This document shows positions 36,356-44,360 of a DNA stretch of 64,000 nucleotides, piece after piece. The position numbers were made by a program, and so were the translations under genes. Source of the DNA: Acidimicrobiales bacterium. GTDB taxonomy: Bacteria; Actinomycetota; Acidimicrobiia; Acidimicrobiales; SZUA-35. Numbering within the stretch: position 1 is the first letter of the stretch; each line of letters begins with the position of its first letter. The notes under the pieces are model-generated. The model searched no databases and was not told the DNA's origin. It saw only the letters and a list, made by a program, of their open reading frames with translations. The stretch covers positions 276 through 64,275 of the forward strand of contig JBOEHD010000029.1 in assembly GCA_050633745.1 (NCBI GenBank). Direction: 5' to 3'.

Positions 36356-36913
36356 ATGTCGACCTTTAACCGCTCACTATTGGCCCTAGTACTTGGCTTC
36401 GGCCTCATCGCCGCAGCCTGCGGCAGCGACAGCGAGGACGCTGCAACCGAGGAAGAAACCAGCACCGCCGAAACGGAAACCGAAACCGAAGAGGCGACCA
36501 CAACCACCGAGGCTGCCCCCGAAGAGACCGCTCCCGCCGAAGCGATGTCCGATGGAGTGGTTGTCGACCTCGGCAACCCCGCCGATGGTGAGTTCAGCCT
36601 GGTTCTTTCCGAGAACGCATTCACCGCAGGCGAGACGGCCTTCAGCGTTGTGAACAACGGCGAGAACCCCCACGCTTTCGCCATCGCTCGTGGCACCAGC
36701 TACGAAGATCTCCCGCAGAAAGACAACGGCGCGGTCGACACCGAGGCCCTGGGAGCTGATTACCTCGGCACCACATCTAACCTGCAGTCCGGTGAAACCG
36801 AAGACATCAGCTTCGGCTTGGAGGCAGGCGACTACGTGTTCTTCTGCCCCGTCGAGTTCGGCCCCAACTCTCACGCCAAGGCCGGTCAGGTCCTCAGCGT
36901 TTCCGTCGGATAA
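36356..36913 (+). CDS. Lipoprotein with an acidic Thr/Glu-rich linker and a cupredoxin-like domain
   Basis: From ATG 36356 (AGGAGAG lies upstream) the protein starts MSTFNRSLLALVLGFGLIAAACGSD, which contains a lipobox. Next comes a TEEETSTAETETETEEATTTTE linker. Candidate copper ligands follow: ENPHAF and FFCPVEFGPNSHAKAGQ. Confidence 0.6.
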   Translation: MSTFNRSLLALVLGFGLIAAACGSDSEDAATEEETSTAETETETEEATTTTEAAPEETAPAEAMSDGVVVDLGNPADGEFSLVLSENAFTAGETAFSVVNNGENPHAFAIARGTSYEDLPQKDNGAVDTEALGADYLGTTSNLQSGETEDISFGLEAGDYVFFCPVEFGPNSHAKAGQVLSVSVG

Positions 36914-36927
36914 GTAGACTGCCAGAG

Positions 36928-37389
36928 ATGGAATCAATTGCCGGCCTGCCCACCCATGTCCTGATGGTGCATGCGCCAGTGGTTCTAATGCCACTGGCGC
37001 TGCTACTGAACATAGCAATGGCCATCCGGCCCTCATGGCGCCGTGCCACCGGCGTGTTGCAACCGGGCGTGGCTGTGGTGGTGTTCCTAGCCACACTGCT
37101 GGCGGTGCTATCCGGCAACAAGTTCGACGAGGTGGTCGGCGATCGGGTCGACACCTCCGACCACAAGTCGCTAGCGATGAGTTCACTCTGGCTGGTCGGT
37201 GGTTTCGCCTTGGCCACCATTGGAGTGGCGGTCCTCGATCGTCTCTCCAATGGCACCGAGGCGACCTGGCACAGGCCTGTGGCCAGGCTGGCTCTCGTGG
37301 CATCGGTTGTCCTGGCGGCGCTTGCAACTCTGTGGATGGTCCGGACCGGCGATGAAGGTGCTCGCCTGGTTTGGGACGGAGTCATCTAA
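36928..37389 (+). CDS. Four-TM membrane protein (DUF2231-like by recollection)
   Basis: 153 aa with four hydrophobic spans. The N-terminal HVLMVHAPVVLMPLA resembles the His-containing first helix of DUF2231-type proteins, which often sit next to cupredoxins. This was not verified. Confidence 0.5.
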   Translation: MESIAGLPTHVLMVHAPVVLMPLALLLNIAMAIRPSWRRATGVLQPGVAVVVFLATLLAVLSGNKFDEVVGDRVDTSDHKSLAMSSLWLVGGFALATIGVAVLDRLSNGTEATWHRPVARLALVASVVLAALATLWMVRTGDEGARLVWDGVI

Positions 37390-37415
37390 CCAGAGCTCCT
37401 GCCCCATAGGCAGTT

Positions 37416-37441
37416 CCCCCCGATCGCTGCGAACAGGGGGG
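37416..37441 (+). terminator. Hairpin CCCCCCGATCGC-T-GCGAACAGGGGGG followed by a T-containing tract; candidate terminator
   Basis: C6 (37416-37421) pairs with G6 (37436-37441) and the inner stem is partly complementary. The hairpin lies 27 nt after the stop at 37389 and is followed by TACCTCTTATA. Confidence 0.35.
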
Positions 37442-37521
37442 TACCTCTTATAGGCCCATCTAGGCTCATTGATGGGTGTCAGGCCGTACTACGTCGTGAC
37501 ATTGCCCATGGGTGGTGAGAT

Positions 37522-38112
37522 TTGCGGCGAAAAGGCGGAGCGAAGGGTGACGATCCGACCAACAGCGACGTCATCTCGGCCGCTAAGCGCGGCGAAACCG
37601 ATGCCATAGCTGCGCTGTATCGCGAGCACGTTGCGATGGTCAGAAGCTATCTGAAGGTCTCGGGGATAGCTGAGCCCGACGACGTCACCTCGGAAGTCTT
37701 CGTATCGATGGTGCGCAGCCTCTCTCGATTTGAAGGAGGCCGCGAGCAGTTCCGCTCCTGGCTGATGACGATCGCCCATCATCGCATGATCGACCACCGA
37801 CGCCGACGTCGCCTGGACCTGACGATCGCGGTAGACGAGATTGAATCGGCCGAGGCAGCCGAAGAGCGGGCCGACGTTCACGGCCTGGTTCAGCCGGTGC
37901 TGCTCGACAGCCAGCTAATCGAGGCGTTCTCCAACCTCACAGACGAGCAGCGGGAGGTGTTGGCCCTACGGTTTCTGGCCGACCTCGACATCGAAACGGT
38001 GGCAGCCATTACCGCTCGTCCGGTCGGAGCGGTTAAGTCGCTGCAGCATCGGGCGCTCCAGGCCCTCCGCAGGCAGAGCGTAAACCCGGACCTTCACAAG
38101 GCATCCGGCTGA
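37522..38112 (+). CDS. ECF (group 4) sigma-70 family sigma factor, copy 1
   Basis: 196 aa. Region 2 reads DVTSEVFVSMVRSL..F.G....FRSWLMTIAHHRMIDHRRR. Region 4 reads LTDEQREVLALRFLADLDIETVAAITARPVGAVKSLQHRALQAL. TTG start. Confidence 0.9.
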   Translation: MRRKGGAKGDDPTNSDVISAAKRGETDAIAALYREHVAMVRSYLKVSGIAEPDDVTSEVFVSMVRSLSRFEGGREQFRSWLMTIAHHRMIDHRRRRRLDLTIAVDEIESAEAAEERADVHGLVQPVLLDSQLIEAFSNLTDEQREVLALRFLADLDIETVAAITARPVGAVKSLQHRALQALRRQSVNPDLHKASG

Positions 38113-39374
38113 TGGCTCCGCACAACGACGTAGACCGACGTCACGAATCGGCGATTAGCGACTTCCTTCACCGGCAGTTCTGCGCGCCTCCCTCCGCTGA
38201 GGTTATGGATCGGCACCTCAACGTGCTGCAATTGGAAGCGGCCCGGGTTCGAGCTCACGAACGTCGCCACCCGGTTCGAGCCATCGTGCTAGCCGGCATC
38301 ACATCGGCGGCGGTGATCGCTCTACTCGTGGTCAACCAGGTACAGCCGACCATGACAAGGACCGACGATGGCCCAACCCTTGCCGACGTCACCCCGGCTG
38401 CCGATAGACCGGCTGACTCTGGCCAGAGCACCGATGCAGAATCAAGTCAAGATGTATTCGAACCCCTCTCGCCGCGTCCGACCGGGCAAACCAACAGCAC
38501 GATCCAGGCCACTGGCAGCGGCGACTCGGGCAACGACAACCCAGCCGATGTCGGTGCCGGGTCAACTACTTCGAGTCCCGCAGGGGCTGACTCGGGAGAG
38601 CCTCAAGAAGGGGACATAGAGCCGGGGGCGTCGACTATCACCACACAGCTGGCTGGCAAGAACGAGACCGCTGCGAGCGCGACGTCAACCATTCAAGACG
38701 GCAGCCCCACCGTGCGATCCACCACGGTCACCACCAGGCCGACAAGCACGCTGCGGACGACCACAACCCGACGTACGAGCACAACGCAGGGAGTCACCAC
38801 AACCCGGCGAACCACGACCACCCGGCAGACGACAACGACACGGCGAACCACAACCACCCGCCCGACCACCAGCACGACTCGTCCAACTACCACCAGGCAA
38901 ACGACCACCACTCGCCCGCCGAGTACAACGATCTCGATACCGAGCCCCGTCGGCCGACCGTTCCAAGAGAAGCTGTTCGATGCGACCTACGACATGAACG
39001 CTTGCATGGCCAGCGACGGATTTGTCTTCGTCGGTGTTCTGGGCGAAAGCGACCATCCCATCGTTTCCAACATTTCGTACCTGATGTCGGTGGCCCGCTG
39101 TGACCCAATCAGCGGTTTCAGTCTGGTGATAGCCGATCACGTCACCTGGGAACAGAGCCTCACCGGGGCACAAAAGGCCGCGGTGAATAGTGAAGGCCAG
39201 GCGGTGTTTGAGTGCGTGTCCGGACGAGGCTGGGATATCGGTTCGATCATCATGAACGAGCGTGGCTTGATTTGGTTCAGCCGCTTCCCCAGGGTCACTC
39301 AGGCTCAGTATGACGACGGGTCGTTCAAATCCGACCTGACGCAATGCGGCTGGTACGACCTGCGCCTGGGCTAA
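38112..39374 (+). CDS. Single-pass membrane protein in the anti-sigma position, with a Thr/Arg-rich linker and a Cys-containing C-terminal domain
   Basis: ATG overlaps the sigma stop by 1 nt (TGATG). The N-terminal cytoplasmic part shares a PS.EVM..HL..L motif with the 55741 paralog. The TM segment is AIVLAGITSAAVIALLVV. A TTTR(R/Q)-repeat linker follows, then a roughly 140-aa globular domain with 4 Cys. Confidence 0.7.
   Translation: MAPHNDVDRRHESAISDFLHRQFCAPPSAEVMDRHLNVLQLEAARVRAHERRHPVRAIVLAGITSAAVIALLVVNQVQPTMTRTDDGPTLADVTPAADRPADSGQSTDAESSQDVFEPLSPRPTGQTNSTIQATGSGDSGNDNPADVGAGSTTSSPAGADSGEPQEGDIEPGASTITTQLAGKNETAASATSTIQDGSPTVRSTTVTTRPTSTLRTTTTRRTSTTQGVTTTRRTTTTRQTTTTRRTTTTRPTTSTTRPTTTRQTTTTRPPSTTISIPSPVGRPFQEKLFDATYDMNACMASDGFVFVGVLGESDHPIVSNISYLMSVARCDPISGFSLVIADHVTWEQSLTGAQKAAVNSEGQAVFECVSGRGWDIGSIIMNERGLIWFSRFPRVTQAQYDDGSFKSDLTQCGWYDLRLG
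38709..38930 (+). repeat. Low-complexity coding repeat (TTTTR-type Thr/Arg-rich linker)
   Basis: Translation: ...TTVTTRPTSTLRTTTTRRTSTTQGVTTTRRTTTTRQTTTTRRTTTTRPTTSTTRPTTTRQTTTTRPP. It generates a spurious poly-Val ORF on the opposite strand. Confidence 0.9.
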
Positions 39375-39469
39375 ACCGGCGAAGTTGCGCCAACCGGCCC
39401 CAGGAACAAATCGATCAAGCGGACCTCAATCACTAGGTAAATATGCCTAGTATCGCGTGAAGGGCAAAC

Positions 39470-41878
39470 GTGCCTCCGAGAGCTCATCTCGGCAGAGCCG
39501 CCACCAGCGACAACAGATTGAGACAACGACTAATGGCGAGTACTTGGAGATTAATACGTAGACGCGCCGCCGGTTTTGGGGCCGTTTTTGCCCTGACCGC
39601 TATGGGGCTCGGCATAGCAATGGGTGCACCGGCAAGTGCTCAAACCGAACCACCGAACCTCGATGTCACATTCGAATCGGTGTCCCTCCCGGAGTCGGTC
39701 GAGGTGACCGGACAGGTCATCGAGTTGACCGAAGCGGGCGGTGCCAATCGGTATGTGGCCTTCGACGCCGACATCCTGATGGACGACCTTCAGGCTGCTG
39801 ACGCAGTCAACCTCGAACTCTTCGCTGGCGTCACCTTCGCATTGACGGTCACCGACAGCCGTGATGGTGTAGCGGGCAGCCGCTTCTGGGCTGCTTCCGG
39901 CGATGGGGCCATGGCCACCTTCACCGAGCTGAACGGGGTTCTCGACGGCCGCATCGCCGACACGACTCACGGCGCCCTCTATCGCATTATCGGTGTCGGT
40001 GGTCAGCTGCACTTCGTCGCCGAGGACACCGTGGCCTACCCGCAGGAGCTAGACATCGAAACTCCCCAAGCTGATGAAGCGGCAGCCGCCGCCGAATCAG
40101 GTGACTCGGCAAGCGGCGAGGCTGCCGCTGACATCACCGCAAACGGCGGGCCACAGGTCGATGTTCTCGCCTGGTATGACGACGACGCGGTCTCGTTCTT
40201 CGGGTCGGAACCGAACGCCGAAGCTGCCATCGCCGGCGCCTACAACACCGCCAACAGCGCAGCAGCCGCCTCTGGCGCTGCGGTGACCCTGAGTCTTGTG
40301 GAACTCGAGTACGTCTCCTGGACCGCTCCAGTAAGCGCGGTCGATGCCATCGTGGCTATCCGCAACGAGACCGATGGCACTCTCGACGAGATTCATACCG
40401 CACGCGATGCGGCTGGGGCCGACCTCGTTGCGGTCATCGGCGACCTCAACGGCGGGTGCGGAATCGCCTATGTGCCCCAGGACCCACCCAGCAGCGCTCG
40501 ACCCGACCTTGGCTTCAGCTACACCGATGCGATGTGCGTCGGCGGCAACCTTACCCTGGTCCATGAGACCGCCCACAACTTTGGAGCCGGTCACGATCTC
40601 GGAGCCAGCCAGGCCGGCCCCGCGCTATATCCGTACTCCCAGGGTTACGTGAATCCGCCGCAGGGTTATCGCACCATCATGTCGTACACCACCGTCTGCG
40701 CTGGCTGCGTTCGAGTGCCGTACTTCTCAAACCCCACCGCGACCTACGAAGAGAACCCCACCGGCGACCCCGGTAAGGACAACGCTCGTACGCTCACCGA
40801 GTCGGCAGCCGGAGTGGCCTCATACCGAATCGGCGGCGACGTCACCGATCCCGACGCGGCCATCATCGATCCCGCCCAGAGCAGTATGGTCGCCGGTGAT
40901 CCAATCGTGCTTTCCGGCACCGCCGAGGACAACGTCGGCGTCGACAGAGTCAGGCTGACGATCTACGAAACCGACGGCTACACCACCTGGAACGGCAGTG
41001 CCTTTACTCCTGCGTTCAGCACCGTCGATGCCACCCTGGACCCAGCGGGGTCGCAACTGGCCGCCTGGACCTACAACATGAACAACGTTCCCGACGGTCA
41101 GATTGTCTTCACCGCCGTTGCTTACGATGCTGCCGACAACAACGACGCCAGCAACCCATGGCGCTTGTTCACCGTGGCCAACGACACCACCCCACCGGAC
41201 GGAACCATCAACAGTCCGGCCACCGGCGCGACGGTTTCGGGCGAGCAGATACTCCTCGAGGGAGTGGCCGACGACAACGAGAGCATTAGTCGAGTTCGGC
41301 TGACGATCTATGAGACCGCCGGATTCACAACCTGGGACGGCAGTGCCTTCACTGCGCCGTTCAGCACCGTTGATGCCGACCTGCTCGCCGACGGTGGGTT
41401 CGCCGACTGGATCTATGCAATGGAGGCTCCGCCAGACGCCGAAGTGGTGTTCACCGCCCTGGCCTACGACGCCGCTGGCAATACCGACCCGACAAAGCCG
41501 TGGCGACTGTTCACCATCGATAACAACGCCGACACGATCGCTCCGGACGCGGTCATCGACAATCCGACTCAGGGTGAAGTGGCCGCCGGATTCGTAACTC
41601 TCGACGGCACCGCCACCGACAACGTCGAGATCAGCAGGGTCAGGCTGACCATCTACAACACCGCCAACAACCACACCTGGGACGGAGAGGAGTTCACCGA
41701 ACCCTATTCCACGGTGGACGCTACGGTGACGCCAGATGGAACCGGGGCCACCTGGTCATACAACATGGGCGACCCGGGAATCGATGCTCAGGTTGTGTTC
41801 ACCGCTCTGGCTTACGACGGCGCAGGCAACATCGATCCGACTCGACCATGGCGGCTTTTCGAGCTGATGGCCTCATAG
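39470..41878 (+). CDS. Secreted metzincin-type zinc metalloprotease with three C-terminal Ig-like repeats
   Basis: HETAHNFGAGHD (HExxHxxGxxHD) lies at 40562-40597. The N-terminal signal is RRRAAGFGAVFALTAMGLGIAMGAPASAQ and may be Tat-type. The real start may be ATG 39533. Confidence 0.85.
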   Translation: MPPRAHLGRAATSDNRLRQRLMASTWRLIRRRAAGFGAVFALTAMGLGIAMGAPASAQTEPPNLDVTFESVSLPESVEVTGQVIELTEAGGANRYVAFDADILMDDLQAADAVNLELFAGVTFALTVTDSRDGVAGSRFWAASGDGAMATFTELNGVLDGRIADTTHGALYRIIGVGGQLHFVAEDTVAYPQELDIETPQADEAAAAAESGDSASGEAAADITANGGPQVDVLAWYDDDAVSFFGSEPNAEAAIAGAYNTANSAAAASGAAVTLSLVELEYVSWTAPVSAVDAIVAIRNETDGTLDEIHTARDAAGADLVAVIGDLNGGCGIAYVPQDPPSSARPDLGFSYTDAMCVGGNLTLVHETAHNFGAGHDLGASQAGPALYPYSQGYVNPPQGYRTIMSYTTVCAGCVRVPYFSNPTATYEENPTGDPGKDNARTLTESAAGVASYRIGGDVTDPDAAIIDPAQSSMVAGDPIVLSGTAEDNVGVDRVRLTIYETDGYTTWNGSAFTPAFSTVDATLDPAGSQLAAWTYNMNNVPDGQIVFTAVAYDAADNNDASNPWRLFTVANDTTPPDGTINSPATGATVSGEQILLEGVADDNESISRVRLTIYETAGFTTWDGSAFTAPFSTVDADLLADGGFADWIYAMEAPPDAEVVFTALAYDAAGNTDPTKPWRLFTIDNNADTIAPDAVIDNPTQGEVAAGFVTLDGTATDNVEISRVRLTIYNTANNHTWDGEEFTEPYSTVDATVTPDGTGATWSYNMGDPGIDAQVVFTALAYDGAGNIDPTRPWRLFELMAS
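40850..41875 (+). repeat. Three tandem repeats of about 113 aa inside the metalloprotease (about 40850-41185, 41186-41527, 41528-41875)
   Basis: Each repeat contains (V/I)(D/S)RVRLTIY(E/N)T..(Y/F/H)T(T)W(N/D)G..FT..(F/Y)STVDA....(D/P)..........VVFTA(L/V)AYD(A/G)A(D/G)N.D....PWRLF. Confidence 0.85.
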
Positions 41879-41901
41879 CCAACAAGTCGTAACGTCGACC
41901 A

Positions 41902-41940
41902 ACACCCTGCGGGGTGTGATCTGACGGTCACGCCCCGCAG
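41902..41940. terminator. Nested GC-rich hairpins between convergent genes; candidate bidirectional terminator
   Basis: ACACCC-TGCG-GGGTGT lies at 41902-41917. The alternative pairing is CTGCGGGG (41907-41914) with CCCCGCAG (41933-41940). Both sit between the protease stop (41878) and the ABC ATPase stop (41985). Confidence 0.45.
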
Positions 41941-41984
41941 CTCGGTTAGGCCAAAGACACAGGCTTAGCCCAAGAACATCAGCG

Positions 41985-42635
41985 CTAGCCCAGCGACACG
42001 ACGTCGTTGCAGTGACTCAGCAGTCGCGGGTCGTGAGAAGAGACGACCACGCAGGTACCGGTCACCGCCATGCCGAGAAGATACGACAAAAGAAGCTCAG
42101 CGGAATCCTTGTCGAGGTGAGCGCTTGGCTCATCGGCCAACAGGACCTCGGCCTGGCCGATGATCGCTCGGGCCAGAGCGACACGTTGCTGTTCGCCGCC
42201 ACTCAGCGAAGAAGGTCGATTCTTGAACCGATCGCCAAGACCGAGCTGCGAAAGTATGTGCTTCGCCTGCGACCTGGCCAGCTTCCACGACATACCTTCG
42301 AGGGTCAGGGTGAGCGCTACGTTGTCGACAACATTGAGCGCTTTAACCAGCCGGTAATCCTGAAAGATGATGCCGGTCTCTCGAAGTTCCGACGCGGTGG
42401 CGAGAGTTTTCGGCTTACGGCGCTTGCCACCGACGACAACATGACCGCCCTGGAACTTTGCCACGCCGGCCAGACAGGAAAGAACCGTGGTCTTGCCACT
42501 GCCGGACGGGCCGGTCAGAGCGGTTATCTTTCCCGGCAGCGCCTCGAAACTGAGATCGTCAATTATCGTGCGCTTCTGTCGCCCATCGGCCACCTCGACC
42601 AGCATGTTTTCTACTGAAACTCCGCTGTTGGCCAT
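41985..42635 (-). CDS. ABC transporter ATP-binding protein (MacB/LolD-like)
   Basis: Walker A is GPSGSGKTT, the signature is LSGGEQQRVALARA and Walker B is LLADEPSAHLD. Confidence 0.9.
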   Translation of the reverse strand: MANSGVSVENMLVEVADGRQKRTIIDDLSFEALPGKITALTGPSGSGKTTVLSCLAGVAKFQGGHVVVGGKRRKPKTLATASELRETGIIFQDYRLVKALNVVDNVALTLTLEGMSWKLARSQAKHILSQLGLGDRFKNRPSSLSGGEQQRVALARAIIGQAEVLLADEPSAHLDKDSAELLLSYLLGMAVTGTCVVVSSHDPRLLSHCNDVVSLG

Positions 42636-43636
42636 TAGGTCTCACCTCTGAATGCATCACTCGGAGCCACTCGCCGCAGCTGCAGGGTGCCGATGATGGC
42701 CGACAGCAGTGAGACCGCCGCCGACAATCCAACGATCTGGCCGGCGGAAGTCCACGAAGACTCGATGGCTAGTGGGAACAGCGGCGATATCGCTAGGCCG
42801 GCCAGGCAGCCGCACACCCCGCCGAGCACGCCGACAAGAATGCTCTCGAATATCAGCGAGGCGCCGATCGCCCAGCCGCTGATCCCGAGACACTTCAGTG
42901 TGGCCAGCTCCGGCCTGCGATCGAGCAGGTTGAGCCGGTTCAGAATGAAGACCACGCCGGCGACCATGATCCACAGCAACGTTCGGGTCAGGATGATGGT
43001 TGAGATCGCACCCTGGACCGCTCGGTCAAGGTCGATCTTGGCATCAGCGGCAGACAGAATCTGCAGCCCTTCTGGCGGTTCGACCGCAACGTCGGAGGTG
43101 AACGCTGAGGCCACGGTTCCCGAGTCGTAGTAGATCTCTTGGATGTCGCTGTTGGATAGGAACGCCACCGGCCCGCCGCCATAGACCCGGATACCGGTCA
43201 TCAAACCGACGACCTCAACATCGCGCCCACCGAGGGTCACGACATCACCAAGCTTCAACTTGGCGCTTGTGTCGATCACCAACTCGTTCGGGGCGCTGAA
43301 GGAACGGCCGGCGATCAAATTCATCGAGTCCGGCTCAACACCAAAGAGGTTGACGTCGACGTTTTGTTCGGGAAGAGCATCACGGGAGAAGACGATCGGC
43401 GAGGTTCCTTCCGGAGCCACCGACTGGTCGATCCGCCCGCTGATAAGGCTCGATACGCCAGCAGGGACGAGGAAGTGATTGCCGAGTTCTCCGAGGGTTC
43501 GATCGGTCTCAGCTTGGAAACCTTGCGTTACTCCCTGGAGAACAAAGGCGATCGAGATGGCGATGCTGGCACCTACGATCGCAGTAAGGGCACGACTCCA
43601 TCTAGTCCTCAGGCTCTGCAGTGCAAGCCAAGTCAA
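42635..43636 (-). CDS. ABC transporter permease, FtsX/MacB-like (4 TM with a periplasmic-type loop)
   Basis: 333 aa. An N-terminal TM is followed by a soluble loop of about 190 aa and three C-terminal TM segments. A 1-nt overlap joins it to the ATPase gene. Confidence 0.8.
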   Translation of the reverse strand: MTWLALQSLRTRWSRALTAIVGASIAISIAFVLQGVTQGFQAETDRTLGELGNHFLVPAGVSSLISGRIDQSVAPEGTSPIVFSRDALPEQNVDVNLFGVEPDSMNLIAGRSFSAPNELVIDTSAKLKLGDVVTLGGRDVEVVGLMTGIRVYGGGPVAFLSNSDIQEIYYDSGTVASAFTSDVAVEPPEGLQILSAADAKIDLDRAVQGAISTIILTRTLLWIMVAGVVFILNRLNLLDRRPELATLKCLGISGWAIGASLIFESILVGVLGGVCGCLAGLAISPLFPLAIESSWTSAGQIVGLSAAVSLLSAIIGTLQLRRVAPSDAFRGET

Positions 43637-43674
43637 TGTCTTCTACCTCCGCCGTTCAATTTCACTTCTGATCG

Positions 43675-44223
43675 CTAGGCCAGCCCCGCCAGGGACAACC
43701 TCACGCCTTCCTCGTACAGCTCGGCGACTTCTTCAGGATCGGGCGGGCCGAGGCCGACGAGTTCCAACATCACATGGCCGTGCACGCTGGCGTAGACGTG
43801 ATATGCCTGGGCCAGTGGATCTTCGGCCCCTCTCCGTTCGAGCACATCGCTGAGGGCCATGAACGAGCTGAAGGCCCGCTCCTTGGCGACGTCGCTTGGC
43901 TCGTAGTCAGGAACGGCGCGACCGAACATCACCTGGTACTGCATCCGGTTTGCTAAGGCCCAGCGGCGGTAAGCGGCACCCGCCTCGATGAGATCGTCGG
44001 CCTCGTAGGCCGCGCTCAGGGCGCGGTCGAATGACTCGAACCCGTCGATGTAGATTGCTTCGATCAGCCCGTTCTTGCCACCAAAGTTGGTGTAGATCCC
44101 GGTGGTCGAACAGCCGGCTTCTTCGGAGATCCGGCGGACGGTAAGCGCAGCAGCGCCATCGCTCTGCAGCACAGCGAGCCCTGCCTGCAGTAGCTTCTGA
44201 TGCATACCGGAATCGGTTTGCAC
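43675..44223 (-). CDS. TetR-family transcriptional regulator
   Basis: 182 aa. The N-terminal HTH reads LTVRRISEEAGCSTTGIYTNFGGKNGL. Confidence 0.85.
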   Translation of the reverse strand: MQTDSGMHQKLLQAGLAVLQSDGAAALTVRRISEEAGCSTTGIYTNFGGKNGLIEAIYIDGFESFDRALSAAYEADDLIEAGAAYRRWALANRMQYQVMFGRAVPDYEPSDVAKERAFSSFMALSDVLERRGAEDPLAQAYHVYASVHGHVMLELVGLGPPDPEEVAELYEEGVRLSLAGLA

Positions 44224-44252
44224 AGCGTTGGAGGTTGTTGTTTCGGAGGCGA

Positions 44253-44283
44253 TGTAACTAAGTTACACCTGTAACTAAGTTAT
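44253..44283. promoter_or_regulatory. Two tandem copies of the palindrome TGTAACT-A-AGTTACA; candidate TetR operators
   Basis: A perfect 15-bp palindrome lies at 44253-44267. A second copy, TGTAACTAAGTTAT, lies at 44270-44283 (17-bp period). Both are in the divergent spacer between the TetR gene and the oxygenase gene. Confidence 0.55.
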
Positions 44284-44360
44284 TTCCACTCCTGACTTGT
44301 CCGAGCCCAATCAATCGTTTCCGCCCAATCCGCCATTTAACCGATTAAGGGAGTTCAAGA

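Noticed and set aside
38693-38911. A poly-Val/Arg 72-aa minus-strand ORF, and the analogous Gly/Val ORF at 56463-56720.
   Set aside because: These are reverse-complement artefacts of the Thr/Arg and Pro/Thr low-complexity coding repeats.
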